DNA of 59,468 nucleotides, the filler included, from Squatina squatina (lineage: Eukaryota): assembly GCA_031763465.1 (NCBI GenBank). It is 4 parts of 4 records of this genome, joined end to end, with 100 filler letters (N's around TTAATTAATTAA, not from the genome) between each part and the next. Parts side by side here need not be neighbours in the genome. Positions count along the whole stretch, not along the records: positions 1 to 13,054 come from JARFOE010000168.1; positions 13,155 to 29,751 come from JARFOE010000121.1; 2 more parts are not named here. The stretch is one strand, 5' to 3'. The notes under the pieces were generated by a model that was given only the letters and a program-made list of their open reading frames with translations, did not search any database and was not told where the DNA came from. Below, piece by piece: positions 10,601 through 20,498 of the stretch. Within the stretch, counting starts at the first letter, position 1; each line of letters starts with the position of its first letter. Made by a program: the position numbers and the translations under genes.

Positions 10601-11697
10601 AACTTTGAGTATAATCAATATCAATCCCAAGTTTCTCTTCTGCATCAGCGGTCTGCAATTTCTCATGGGCGGACTTGTGATCATTTGTGTCCTCAGAGTT
10701 ACCACTGTACTTTCTCTTCCGTTCCTCTCTTTTAATCTCCCCTTCCCCTGGCATTTCATCAAGGTGTGGAGGCAGTGGCTGAAGAATTCACTTATTCGGA
10801 GGTTTTGCTGTGTTCAGTTTCTTAAATCCAATTTCTTGAATTTCCACTGGTTCTTCAGATGCCTCGCTTAATCTGGATTGTGCTTCTATGTTGGGCCAAA
10901 AGCCAATCCCTACAGAAACACTGGCAGACTCCTGTCCTTCTCTGGGGCTGAATGCTGGAATCAGTTTCTCTTGCTTGACTTTTCTGTGCTCCCTTTTGAG
11001 TAATTCTTTCCGCACAGGCCTTCGGTCCAAATCTCCTTCTTTACACACTATAGGCACTTCTCTCCAGGCTGCCAGATCAGGTTGCTTTTTTAGGCTTAGT
11101 CGCAGTTCCTCTTCCTCTTGACTGCCTCGCTTAACCTCTAACTTCTGCCGGTCTGTTCTTAAAGTTGGATCTGCAAAACGCCTCTTCCTAGCCTCCAGTT
11201 TGTCGATATCCATTGCATTAGGTGCTTCAGGACACGGTTCTGGTTTGAGATTCTTTTTATGCTTGATTTTCACTTCCTTATCCACAACCTCTATTTGGCT
11301 GGCAAGTGGTTTCTCTTTTGGCACTTTTGGCCTGGTAGGTTCCAATTTTGACAGCTCTGTTTTTGTCTGATCGAGTCGAGTTAACTGTACTTTATTCTGT
11401 TCTGCAGACGGAGATTTGACAGCGTCATTCTCTGGCTTGCCTCTTGGTTTCTCTATAACAGAGGGCTCAATCACTTTTGCCTCTCTCTCCTTTACACGAG
11501 TTAACACCACACAAGGAATTAAATCCCATCGATTTTTTGAAGCTCCGTCTTTCTCTACTTTTTCTTTCCCTTGTTTTATTTTACCCCTCTGTCCATCAGG
11601 ATTTAGATCCCTATCTATTTCTTGGTCTGTTTCAGAAGATGGGGAACTTGGAGATGGAGGTTTTACCTTCCGTATTTTGAGTTTTTCAGCTTTTTTG
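7604..11697 (-). CDS. SPEN: SPEN large exon, middle segment (one in-frame TGA at 10788-10790; gap 9370-9469)
   Basis: Conserved SPEN blocks: SSETDQE, PCVVLTRVKE, KLEARKRRFAD, ERRSLVHEVGKPPQDVTDDSPP, SSSLERNKFYSFALDKTITPDTKALLERAKSLSSSREENWSFLD, PRPIPSWYMKKKKIRTDSEGK, EKPVTRKSERIDREKLKRS. ORFs 10788..11732 and 7464..10754 are in the same frame. Segment ends are approximate. Confidence 0.95.
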
Positions 11698-11869
11698 GGG
11701 CGATGTGCCATATTTTTGAAGCTATTCATCAATCTTACTGAGTTTGTATGTTGACATGTATGATTCTTTCACCAGAGGACACAATTAGAATTTGGAAGGT
11801 CTGCTTTGGATGGCTGGATAAGTGTTTGGGGTGCCCTAAATATCGTCTGATTAGGGACCTCAAGGACCT

Positions 11870-12257
11870 TGGTGGTATGGTCATTAAATTTATTGTAGTA
11901 CTGAGCTGTCATTCATGGGTTCACATAGTGGGCACTGACTGCCTTGACCACCTCCTTCCTCTGTACCTGGGTGTTGGTCAGTCCCAAACAAGGCGCCCTT
12001 CTTATTTGTGCCAGGAACACTTCTACTGCAGCCTGGGTGCCCAACAGCAGATCTCTGCGACAATCTGACAAGATTTTCACTTCTGCTTACGCGATGCTGC
12101 CTGACCCCTTTAAGCTGCTGCTGGAACTTGAATGCTGCAGCAACATGCCATTTCCTGCCCTCACACGGGGGAGCTTCAAATCCGAGTTTGCCCACACTAT
12201 TTAAATTAAACTCACTGCTGAAACTTCAGTAGGGTCAGTGCCTGAGCCCTGGGGCTA
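11870..12257 (-). mobile_element. Degenerate Harbinger-type Myb/SANT (ORF2) fragment and flank
   Basis: Minus-strand translation AAVEVFLAQIRR...KEVVKAVSAHYVNP*MTAQYYNKFND resembles the WEEVA.AV....RT..QC.KKFNDL motif of Harbinger Myb-like proteins. Confidence 0.45.
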
Positions 12258-12357
12258 NNNNNNNNNNNNNNNNNNNNNNNNNNNNNNNNNNNNNNNNNNN
12301 NNNNNNNNNNNNNNNNNNNNNNNNNNNNNNNNNNNNNNNNNNNNNNNNNNNNNNNNN

Positions 12358-12933
12358 TCAGCTCTTTCAGGTTCAAACGGACGATCTTTTTCTTTTTCAT
12401 TTTTGTCATAACGGTCTAGTCGGATTTTGTCTGGTTTATCAGCTTTATCGTATCGAGGAGGTGACAGTGAGCTGCAGCTACCACTACGGTCTGAGGATCG
12501 ACTGTATATTCTGCGTTCAGAGTCCATGCTGTCACTCTGATGCCTCTCAGATTGTGCTGGTGATGCACTGCAACTCTGGGCTCTTCTTGAGTGCGTTGGG
12601 CTTTGGCTTCGTTCACAAGTTCGCCTTTCATGATCTCGTTCTCTATCAGATTCGTAACGTTCTCTCTCTCTTTCCCTTTCTCGCTGTCTGTAACTGTACT
12701 CCCTTATGTCCTGTTCGTATGGATCTCTATAGTCTCTATATTCCCGTGGATCTTCATAATAGCGAGGATCATAATAATCACCCTGGTAAGGATCCCATTC
12801 AGCATAAAAATCTCTACTTCTTGCACGATAGTCCCTACGAGGGTCTTCAGGAAATACAGCAGCTGGCCCCCTAACCGCATCAAAGTAAGCACGGTCTGCA
12901 GGATACTCATGATATGATCCTCTCCGATCCTCC
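12358..12933 (-). CDS. SPEN: SPEN (Msx2-interacting protein/SHARP) large internal exon, 5' segment
   Basis: Acceptor tctttaattaacag|G at 12933. Translation EDRRGSY...YYDPRYYEDPREYRDYRDPYEQDIREYSYRQRERERERERYESDR...YSRSSDRSGSCSSLSPPRY closely matches the recalled start of the vertebrate SPEN large exon. Ends at an N gap. Confidence 0.95.
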
Positions 12934-13054
12934 CTGTTAATTAAAGAAATACACATTAATTCAAATATCTTTCTTAAACAAATCAATGGCTGTATAAAAT
13001 TAATGTGTGTCTGTAAGAGAAAAAGAGAGAGAGAGAGAGGAAATGAATGTGGGA

Positions 13055-13154
13055 NNNNNNNNNNNNNNNNNNNNNNNNNNNNNNNNNNNNNNNNNNNNTT
13101 AATTAATTAANNNNNNNNNNNNNNNNNNNNNNNNNNNNNNNNNNNNNNNNNNNN
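13055..13154. other. Artificial scaffold linker N44-TTAATTAATTAA-N44
   Basis: Palindromic 12-mer with stops in all six frames, centred in exactly 100 nt. Identical at three sites. Confidence 0.97.
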
Positions 13155-13189
13155 AACGATCTTTCTTCCACTCCTCTTTAATCTCTTTT

Positions 13190-13654
13190 TCTTCTTCTTC
13201 TTAGGCAGTCCCTCGAGGTCAAGGATGACTTGCTCCCACTCCAGAGTTGTGAGTTCTGAGGTGACTAAGTAGTCCTACACTGGATCCACAAACTCAACCG
13301 CAGGTGGTGTTTGGTGGGGCGAGAGGGTGGGATGCTCGGGTTTTCGCACACTCCTTCCGCTGCTTGCACTTGGCCTCTGCATGCTCCCGCCGGACAAGCT
13401 CGAAGTGGTTGGTGCCTTCGCGGATGCTTCTCCTCCAGTTCGGACGGTCTTGGGCCAGAGATTCCCATGAGTCGGTGGGGGTGTTAACATTTTTCAGGGA
13501 GGTTTTGAAGATGTCCTTGAAGTACTTCCTCTGCCCTCCTGGTAATCGTTTGCCGTGATGAAACTCAGAATAGAGTGCTTGTTTCGGGAGTCTTGTATCA
13601 GGCATACGGACGATGTGGCCCATCCAACCCAGCTGCATGAGCATGACCAGTGCT
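13190..13654 (-). mobile_element. RTE-clade LINE 3' end (copy 1)
   Basis: QLGWMGHIVRMPDTRLPKQALYSE...GGQRKYFKD..K...WESLAQDRPNWRRSI, ending in an (AGA)n-like tail near 13190. Confidence 0.9.
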
Positions 13655-13754
13655 NNNNNNNNNNNNNNNNNNNNNNNNNNNNNNNNNNNNNNNNNNNNNN
13701 NNNNNNNNNNNNNNNNNNNNNNNNNNNNNNNNNNNNNNNNNNNNNNNNNNNNNN

Positions 13755-14440
13755 GGTTGGCGCCTTCGCGGATGCTTCTCCTCCAGTTCGGGCGGTCTTG
13801 GGCCAGAGATTCCCATGAGTCAGTGGGGATGCTACATTTTTTCAGGGAGGCTTTGAGGACGTCCTTGAAGCATTTCCTCTGCCCTCCTGGTAATCACTTG
13901 CTGTGACGAAGCTCGGAGTAGAGTGTTTGTTTCGAGAGGCTTGTATCAAGCATGCGCACAATGTGGTCTGCCCATCGCAGCTGATTGAGCGTGACCAGTG
14001 CCTCGATGTTGGGCTGAGAGAGGACGCTGACATTGGTACGCCTATCCTGCCAGTGAATTTGCAGGATTTTGCAGAGGCAGCGTTAGTGATACTTCTGCAG
14101 TGCTTTGAGGTGTCTACTGTGCATTGTCCATGTCTCCGCATACAGGAGGGCGGGCCACACTGCTGTCCTGTAGACCATAAGCTTGGTACCGGGTTTGATG
14201 TCTTGATCTTCAAATACCTTTTTCCTCAGGTGGCCAAAAGCTGTATTGCCACACTGGAGATGGTGTTGGGTTTCATTGTTTGTGTCTGCCCTCGCTGAGA
14301 GGAGGCTCCCAAGGTATGGAAAGTGATCCAAGTTGTCCAGGGGCTCGCCGTGGATCTTGATAGTCAGGGGACAGTGTTGTGTGATGGGAGCAGGCTGGTA
14401 AAGGACCTTTGTCTTTCGGATGTTTAGCATAAGGCCCATA
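13755..14440 (-). mobile_element. RTE-clade LINE RT C-terminal fragment (copy 2, decayed)
   Basis: LNIRKTKVLYQP...FPYLGSLLS...AFGHLRKKVF...TKLMVYRTAV.PALLYAETWT, with stops. It repeats the region covered by copy 1. Confidence 0.9.
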
Positions 14441-14444
14441 AGGA

Positions 14445-14720
14445 AATGTGGAACTCCAATCTGTTGCTTGACTCCAAGGACAGCTTCAAACCTCACACTC
14501 AGTTCCCTAATGCTCTTCTAGCTGGCCTCCTTACATCGATCTCCCACAAGCTTCATGTCATTTCAAATGCTGCAGCCTGTGTCCTCACCTGCAGAAAGTC
14601 CTGCTCTTCCATCACCCCTGTGCTCGCCCAATGGCTCCCTGTACTTCAGCAAGTTGACTTCAAAATTTTAGTTCTTGCTTTCAATTCCCACCACGGCCAT
14701 GTCCTATTCTACATTACTGA
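14445..14720 (+). mobile_element. L2-clade LINE ORF2 C-terminal fragment
   Basis: NALLAGL...KLHVISNAAACVLT...SITPVLAQWLPV...DFKIL matches the L2 motif QNAAAR...HITPVL..LHWLPV..RI.FKIL. Confidence 0.75.
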
Positions 14721-14841
14721 CTGCTCCTGCCTTACTCACTGTACATACTGTTCGTTCTTCTCACTTCATGTTTCTCTTTGTCGCCAGCTTCTTCTGCTTC
14801 ACCATTAGTAGACGCTTTAGCCACTACTCTCCTGCGTTCTG

Positions 14842-15778
14842 AACATAAGAAAATAAGAAATAGGAGCAGGAGTAGATCAGAGGGCCCCTCGAGCATGTTC
14901 CGCCATTCAATAAGATTATGGCTGATCTTGTACCTCAACTCCATTTTCCTGTCCTATATCCATGGGGGCCCAATTGGTCTGCTTTAGACCCATGTGAATG
15001 CTGAACAGTGGCACTACCCGGGCGCTAATGCAGCGCAAAGCAAAAATTGTTCGATTTGCGCAATTGGGCCTGGTGCCCCGGCGGCGCTAAAGCCTCCTCA
15101 CTGGGGACACCATTGGCACCAGGGTAAGGAGCGTGACGTCATCAAGTCGGGCGCCGACCCCACAACACCAGCCCGCCACCCCCTTCTGCATCGCCGGTGA
15201 GCCAAGTCCATAATTGGAGCACAGGTCACCGGCGAGGCCCGTGTTGCTGGCAATGACAGGTTTTACCTGTCATTGCCAAGGCCACTTAAAGGCGCAGTGG
15301 TAGTGCTGCCTGCCGCCATGTTTTTCCATTGGCCAACTACATCATCGGCTGCTATCTCCATTGCCCCACTTGCCAGCACGTTCTCTGACATGCTGACATT
15401 TTTCAGGCCCTGGGCCTGGCTCCCTGGTGATCCAGCAACGCTGGGTTCGCCTCTGTGGCCTCAGCCTGTGGCCCTCTCCTTTAAGGCAGGGGGCGGGGCT
15501 GCGGCTAATGCTATCGCGTTGGCCTTGGCAGCCACACTGCCAACACGACCCCGCACTACCGGGGAATTGGCCGGCTGAGTGCCGGCTCAGCATCATGGCA
15601 ATGCTTCCTTATCGTTGCCATGTTGCGCTGACCCAGAAATGCGGCAAAATCCCCGTGGCAAGGAGTCCTTGAATGCAGCGCCCGGTTTGGGTGCTGTCCA
15701 ATTAGGTCCCCCATATCTCTTGATTCCCTTAGTGTCCAAAAATTTATCAATTTCAGTCTTGAATATACTCAATGACTG
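14842..15778 (-). mobile_element. CR1 LINE 3' end, interrupted by a MITE at 14964-15711
   Basis: acataagaaaataagaaataggagcaggagtag...gccattcaataagattatggctgatc. It resumes at 15712 and encodes QSLSIFKTEIDKFLDTKGIKRYG on the minus strand. Confidence 0.85.
14964..15711. mobile_element. Non-autonomous PIF/Harbinger-like DNA transposon (MITE), 748 bp
   Basis: TIRs GGGGGCCCAATTGG / CCAATTAGGTCCCC (12/14 match), flanked by a 3-bp CAT duplication. GC-rich interior homologous to 58696-59088. Confidence 0.75.
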
Positions 15779-16499
15779 NNNNNNNNNNNNNNNNNNNNNN
15801 NNNNNNNNNNNNNNNNNNNNNNNNNNNNNNNNNNNNNNNNNNNNNNNNNNNNNNNNNNNNNNNNNNNNNNNNNNNNNNCTCCTCAAGCTTCTTGTGAAAT
15901 GCATCTTCCTAAAGGGCTCCTGAATACTAAATTGATCACAGCCAAAGAAGGCAGAAAAGTTTTACTGATGACTACTAACAGAGTTAATGGCAGAGGGTGA
16001 ACATATGGCCTGTAGGTCTGGGATGATAAGGCTTTACTACAAAGAGTAGAAAAACTCTCAGGCACCATAGTTTCCTATGCTTTATAGATGATGCTTATTT
16101 CGCCAAAGAATAATCATTTGAAGAATTAATTATCATTATACATGTGATTCAACAACCTTATTTAGATTTATTCATTAATTTTATTGATCTTATTTCGACA
16201 TCACGTCAGCACAGCCACAAGAAATGCTTGGTTGTGGTTATGTCAATAATGTCTTCCGTTAGAAGTGTAGCTAGATCGAATTTCCATCCAATTTTGTATA
16301 CTTCTCTTGAGAATAATAGGATTTTCATCCCTTCAATGCAAGATATTAAAATGGAAAAAAACAAACTTTTTAAATTACAAATGTGGTCATAAATTTAACT
16401 CAAATTTTGAAATACTGTTTAAACTCAAAAAGTGGTGTAACCAAATATCGTGGGTCTCACAAGACAGCAAATGAAGGTTAATTGCAGGTATAATGGAGT

Positions 16500-16585
16500 T
16501 AGGTTGCAGATTAGCCATGATCTCATTGAATGGCAGAACAGGCTCAAGGGGCTGAATGGCCTTTTCCTGTTCCTATGTTCCTGTA
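16500..16585 (+). mobile_element. CR1 LINE 3' terminus
   Basis: gattagccatgatctcattgaatggcagaacaggctcaaggggctgaatggcct...cctatgttcct. Confidence 0.75.
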
Positions 16586-16999
16586 TTTGTCAAAGTTGCC
16601 TTCGAGGAATCATTTACACAATTATTTCATGAAGAATTGAAATATCAACACAACAATATTAGTGGCGATGGAGCCTTTCTTGATCCATTATGGTCCCATT
16701 CGGATTGAAGTAGTCATCCCACAAAGCTGAATGATAAAAACCTTTGGAATCTAGTGGACTTAAAACTAGCAATCAATCAATTGAGTTTTAAATTCCAGCA
16801 CCATAATTTGTAAACTTTGTAACCATAAATCATTCAAGAGGTATAACAAATGGAATTTGATCTGATCAGTTACTGCAAATGGAAGAAAGTGATTCTGACC
16901 AATGCACAATCAGATTAATGCAGAGGCTTTGGCTTTCAGCCAATGTGAAGTGATAATTTTACAATGTGGCGAGGCAGTGAAACAAGCTGTGAAACATTC

Positions 17000-19900
17000 A
17001 TATTTTTATACATCCTGTTTATTTAATGTGCTTTTGCAGGATATAAATAATGACAAAATTACAAAATTTGTAACTGGAAGCCCAAGCATATGTACAATTA
17101 TTAGTTGCAGCGAGGCCACTATTTTATCCCCATACATTTTCATTTTGGTACCTTGTTTACAGTATTTTTTTTAAACTGCCAAATGACTACATACATGTAT
17201 CAACAGTGAATAGGCAAAATATGTACAAGGAAACAGCATTGTTCAAGTACTGTAATACCGTATTAAAAGATTAACACTGAATTGAACTAAAATTCAGTCC
17301 AACCATACAATATACATTTGATTATCAATTACAACCCAAGCTCTAATAGTCATCCCTTAACTTATATTTGAGTGACCTTTATCATTAAGCCCAGCTTAGT
17401 TTCTATATCATATAAAAATAATGTAACATTGAAACAACTTAAGACCATTATTACACAAGTTCAATAAGGATTCTAAAATAAACATTAAATTGATTCACAA
17501 TAAGTTTTTTTTAAACCGATGATGTCATATAACTGTTATCATCACCATTCTTTATAACGCTGTCTGTGCACACCACAGTTAAACTCTGACTCAACGTGGT
17601 TTGAATAGGCAATGCAGCATAGCCATATTATATGCTGCTACATATTTAATTTTTTTTTGCAAACAAATGAGAAACGTGACGATTCTCGTATTCATTAAAC
17701 ATTGATCACTCCAGGTAGTAAATCAGTTGATTGTGGTTTCACAGGTTTAGTTCAAAAAACGTCGTGTGCTGCATTGTTTTGAAAGAAATCAGTCACAGAT
17801 CTTAGTCTTTGCCTCAAGCGGAAGATGCTTCACACTGCCGAGCAAGTCACTATTCGTGAAATTTTGTGTTTTGTACTATAGAACAAAAATATATTCATTG
17901 TGCCATGTTTCATTTAAATTCAACAATTACACGTGCAGACAATATATTGTCTGAGATAGCTATTATTTCTCATCTGAAGGGCAACCTCTTCTGCATCCAG
18001 CACTGTTTCTTGGACTGCTAACATATCCAGTGCACTGTGTGAATATGCAGTGTGCCTCCATCTGTAGTGCAATGATGCTGGCTTGTAGACATTAACACCT
18101 TCTGTATTCCACAAGGGACCTCACCAACACCGTTATCGGCTACATCGGAATCTTGGATTTTTTTTTCCAGCCGTAGAGAAAATTATTTTTAAAACTTAGG
18201 AATTTATTTATTTTGAGCCCCTCAATTGCTGTTGGACAAGCTGTTTTAACATTAGATCATTAATCTGAACACTGCTTAGAAATAAGACTGAAAACTGGCA
18301 CCTGTGTGTAAAACCCCAGATTTTTTTTTCTATTTAAAAACAATTCTTCATTTTCAAATCATAAAGCACTAGAACGGGCAGAAATACATATCAATAAATA
18401 GAAAGGCCTAAGTTTTACCGAAAAGGAAAAGGCACCTTTCTGTCATCAGAACTTTTTTTTCTGTTCCACAACAGGGTTTAATGACATACTTTGAGAAACA
18501 TCAGCAGTTCAAGGGTCTGAGGGCAAAATACATATTCACTCTCCTACCCTCCATTGAATTGTCCCAAGGGGGCATTTTCTTCAAAGGGTATCTCACCTCC
18601 TCCCAAGCCCGTCCTTGCATTCTCCAAGGGTACAGTTAAACTTCTGACTGAATCCATAAATGCTTCTGTTGAAGGCCAAAATATGGAACTGTACTTTTGT
18701 CAAACCATATGTCATTCTAGAATTTTCCAGAAGTGACCATCATTTTCAGGACTAGGAGTTTTCAAGGGATGCTGGGAAATTCAGTTTTAACTATGGTCTG
18801 ATGGAAAACCCCAGCAATTCATATTTATCCTCAAATGGTGACTCTTGTGTAATGGCAATGAGTGCTGAAAAAAAATGAAAACCTGAAGAGGTTTTCTCTT
18901 TCTGATCCTCTTAGCTTGTCTTCTTAAAACAAACTAAGAGGCACAATAATTGAGTAAAAGTTTTCTTGTCTCATTATAGCTTTCATTGAAGCTAGTTGAA
19001 GTATAGGGACTTGTGTCATATTCTAAGTCCACGTAGTCCTTGACAAAGTGGAGCATTCTTTATTCCTTTTGAGTGTGTGTTTATTTTTAACATATAGACC
19101 ATTACTTGTGCACCTAGAGTGCTGATCTTAAAAGTGGTCAATTTTTGGAATCTGTTCCTCTTTGAGTGGAGTGAGACAGCTCTTTATCTCCATATCTCTG
19201 AGCCAGATGAGCTTTTGGCTTAGAGGCCAGTGAAGGACTCAGCGATGATCATAACTCACCCCCTCAGCAGAAACCAGGCAGCAGGGCCGTTAAGATCACT
19301 TGGGTTATTTACCTGCTTGGAAGTCAACCCTTTCCTGACATCTCTGAAGCACCCACTTAAAGCAATCATAATGGCTCTGGCTCTGAATTTGCAATCAGCA
19401 CTGAAACATAGAAATATAGAAACATAGAAAATAGGTGCAGGAGTAGGCCATTTGGCCCTCCGAGCCTGCACCGCCATTCAACACGATCATGGCTGATCTT
19501 TCAACTCAGTAGCCCGTACCNNNNNNNNNNNNNNNNNNNNNNNNNNNNNNNNNNNNNNNNNNNNNNNNNNNNNNNNNNNNNNNNNNNNNNNNNNNNNNNN
19601 NNNNNNNNNNNNNNNNNNNNTTCTCATACTAACTTTTGAAGTACCACATTACTAAGAAAAAAAATTACAAAATTATTTTCAGTGCAGATCAGTGTTTAAA
19701 ACGAGGGTGAGAAACTCTGAAGGAATTGGTCTGAGGAAATGTGGTTGTGTTGTGAAACTTCCAGTAAAACACTAGTGAAATTCACAACGATTGCTTAAAG
19801 CAGTTAGCAAACCACCAAAACAGTGCAGTCGTTTCAAAACAAAAGCAGTTATTGAAAGATATTAGCTTAGCCATTTTTAATCTTATCCCAAGGCTGCAAT

Positions 19901-20384
19901 ACATAAATCACAGCTTTTTGTTAAAAAGTGTTAGTCCAAAAGGGATAAAAAAAAATGCTTAGACTTATCAGCTTTTAGCAGCATTCAAGTTATCATATGG
20001 GCAGAAGAGATCTTCAGAGTTAGAGTCCACTGATTTCTTCGAAATCCGCGATGACCCGAAAAAGGTTGAAGAAAAATGTTACATCAAGACGAAGAGAAAA
20101 ATCTTGAAACTGGATCAGCTTAGGTCCTTCTGATGGACTGGATTTAAATAAGTCTAAAGATAGTTGTCGTGTGTCAGTTTCATTCCTGTTGCTACAGTGG
20201 GAGGAATGTCAAGGAAAAAGAGCAGCTTCATGCAGTGATGACAGTAACTGTGTAAAGGTCACTCAGCGAGTGCAGTTTTCCTCTCCACTGGGTCAGAGGT
20301 CACCAGAGGAGACAAAATGTGCTGCTTGCAGTGATTGCTCAAAAGAGTGCGAAGGCACAGACAGAGGAGAATGAGACATAGCGT
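17000..20384 (-). other. Probable long 3'UTR of ANKS1B
   Basis: Lies downstream of the stop codon. AATAAA at 17023-17018 (minus strand), preceded by two exact Pumilio elements TGTACATA (17089-17096, 17220-17227). The extent is inferred and spans a gap. Confidence 0.4.
19404..19520 (-). mobile_element. CR1 LINE 3' terminus with (TTTCTATG)n-like tail
   Basis: aacatagaaatatagaaacatagaaaataggtgcaggagtaggccatttggccctccgagcctgcaccgccattcaa. Confidence 0.85.
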
Positions 20385-20498
20385 TTAGAATATTGTGGTC
20401 TCATACTTAGTGTTCATCGCCCTTTTTGATTCTTGCACAGGTTCCACAATCCAAGGTACATTAGGGTGAGTCTTTTGTTCGAGAAGAGGTTGATCAAT
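20385..20498 (-). CDS. ANKS1B: Terminal coding exon of ANKS1B (AIDA-1); ANKS1A is less likely
   Basis: Acceptor tctttttctttgcctgcag|, then IDQPLLEQKTHPNVPWIVEPVQESKRAMNTKYETTIF*. Matches the recalled human ANKS1B C-terminus IDPSEQKTLANLPWIVEPGQEAKRGINTKYETTIF. Absent from the ORF track because it is under 60 aa. Confidence 0.85.
   Translation of the reverse strand: MDQPLLEQKTHPNVPWIVEPVQESKRAMNTKYETTIF

Noticed and set aside
10788-10790. TGA as selenocysteine or programmed readthrough
   Set aside because: No CUAG context, not a Cys position in recalled orthologues, and no evidence for a SECIS element. CGA>TGA is simpler.
13099-13110. TTAATTAATTAA palindrome recurring about every 17 kb as a biological motif
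   Set aside because: Always centred between exactly 44 N on each side, so it is a synthetic linker.
19256-19477. Possible extra last exon (tttcag| then LIANSEPEPL* or ADCKFRARAIM...)
   Set aside because: The pyrimidine tract is supplied by the CR1 tail, the phase-0 reading stops at once, and I recognise no homology.
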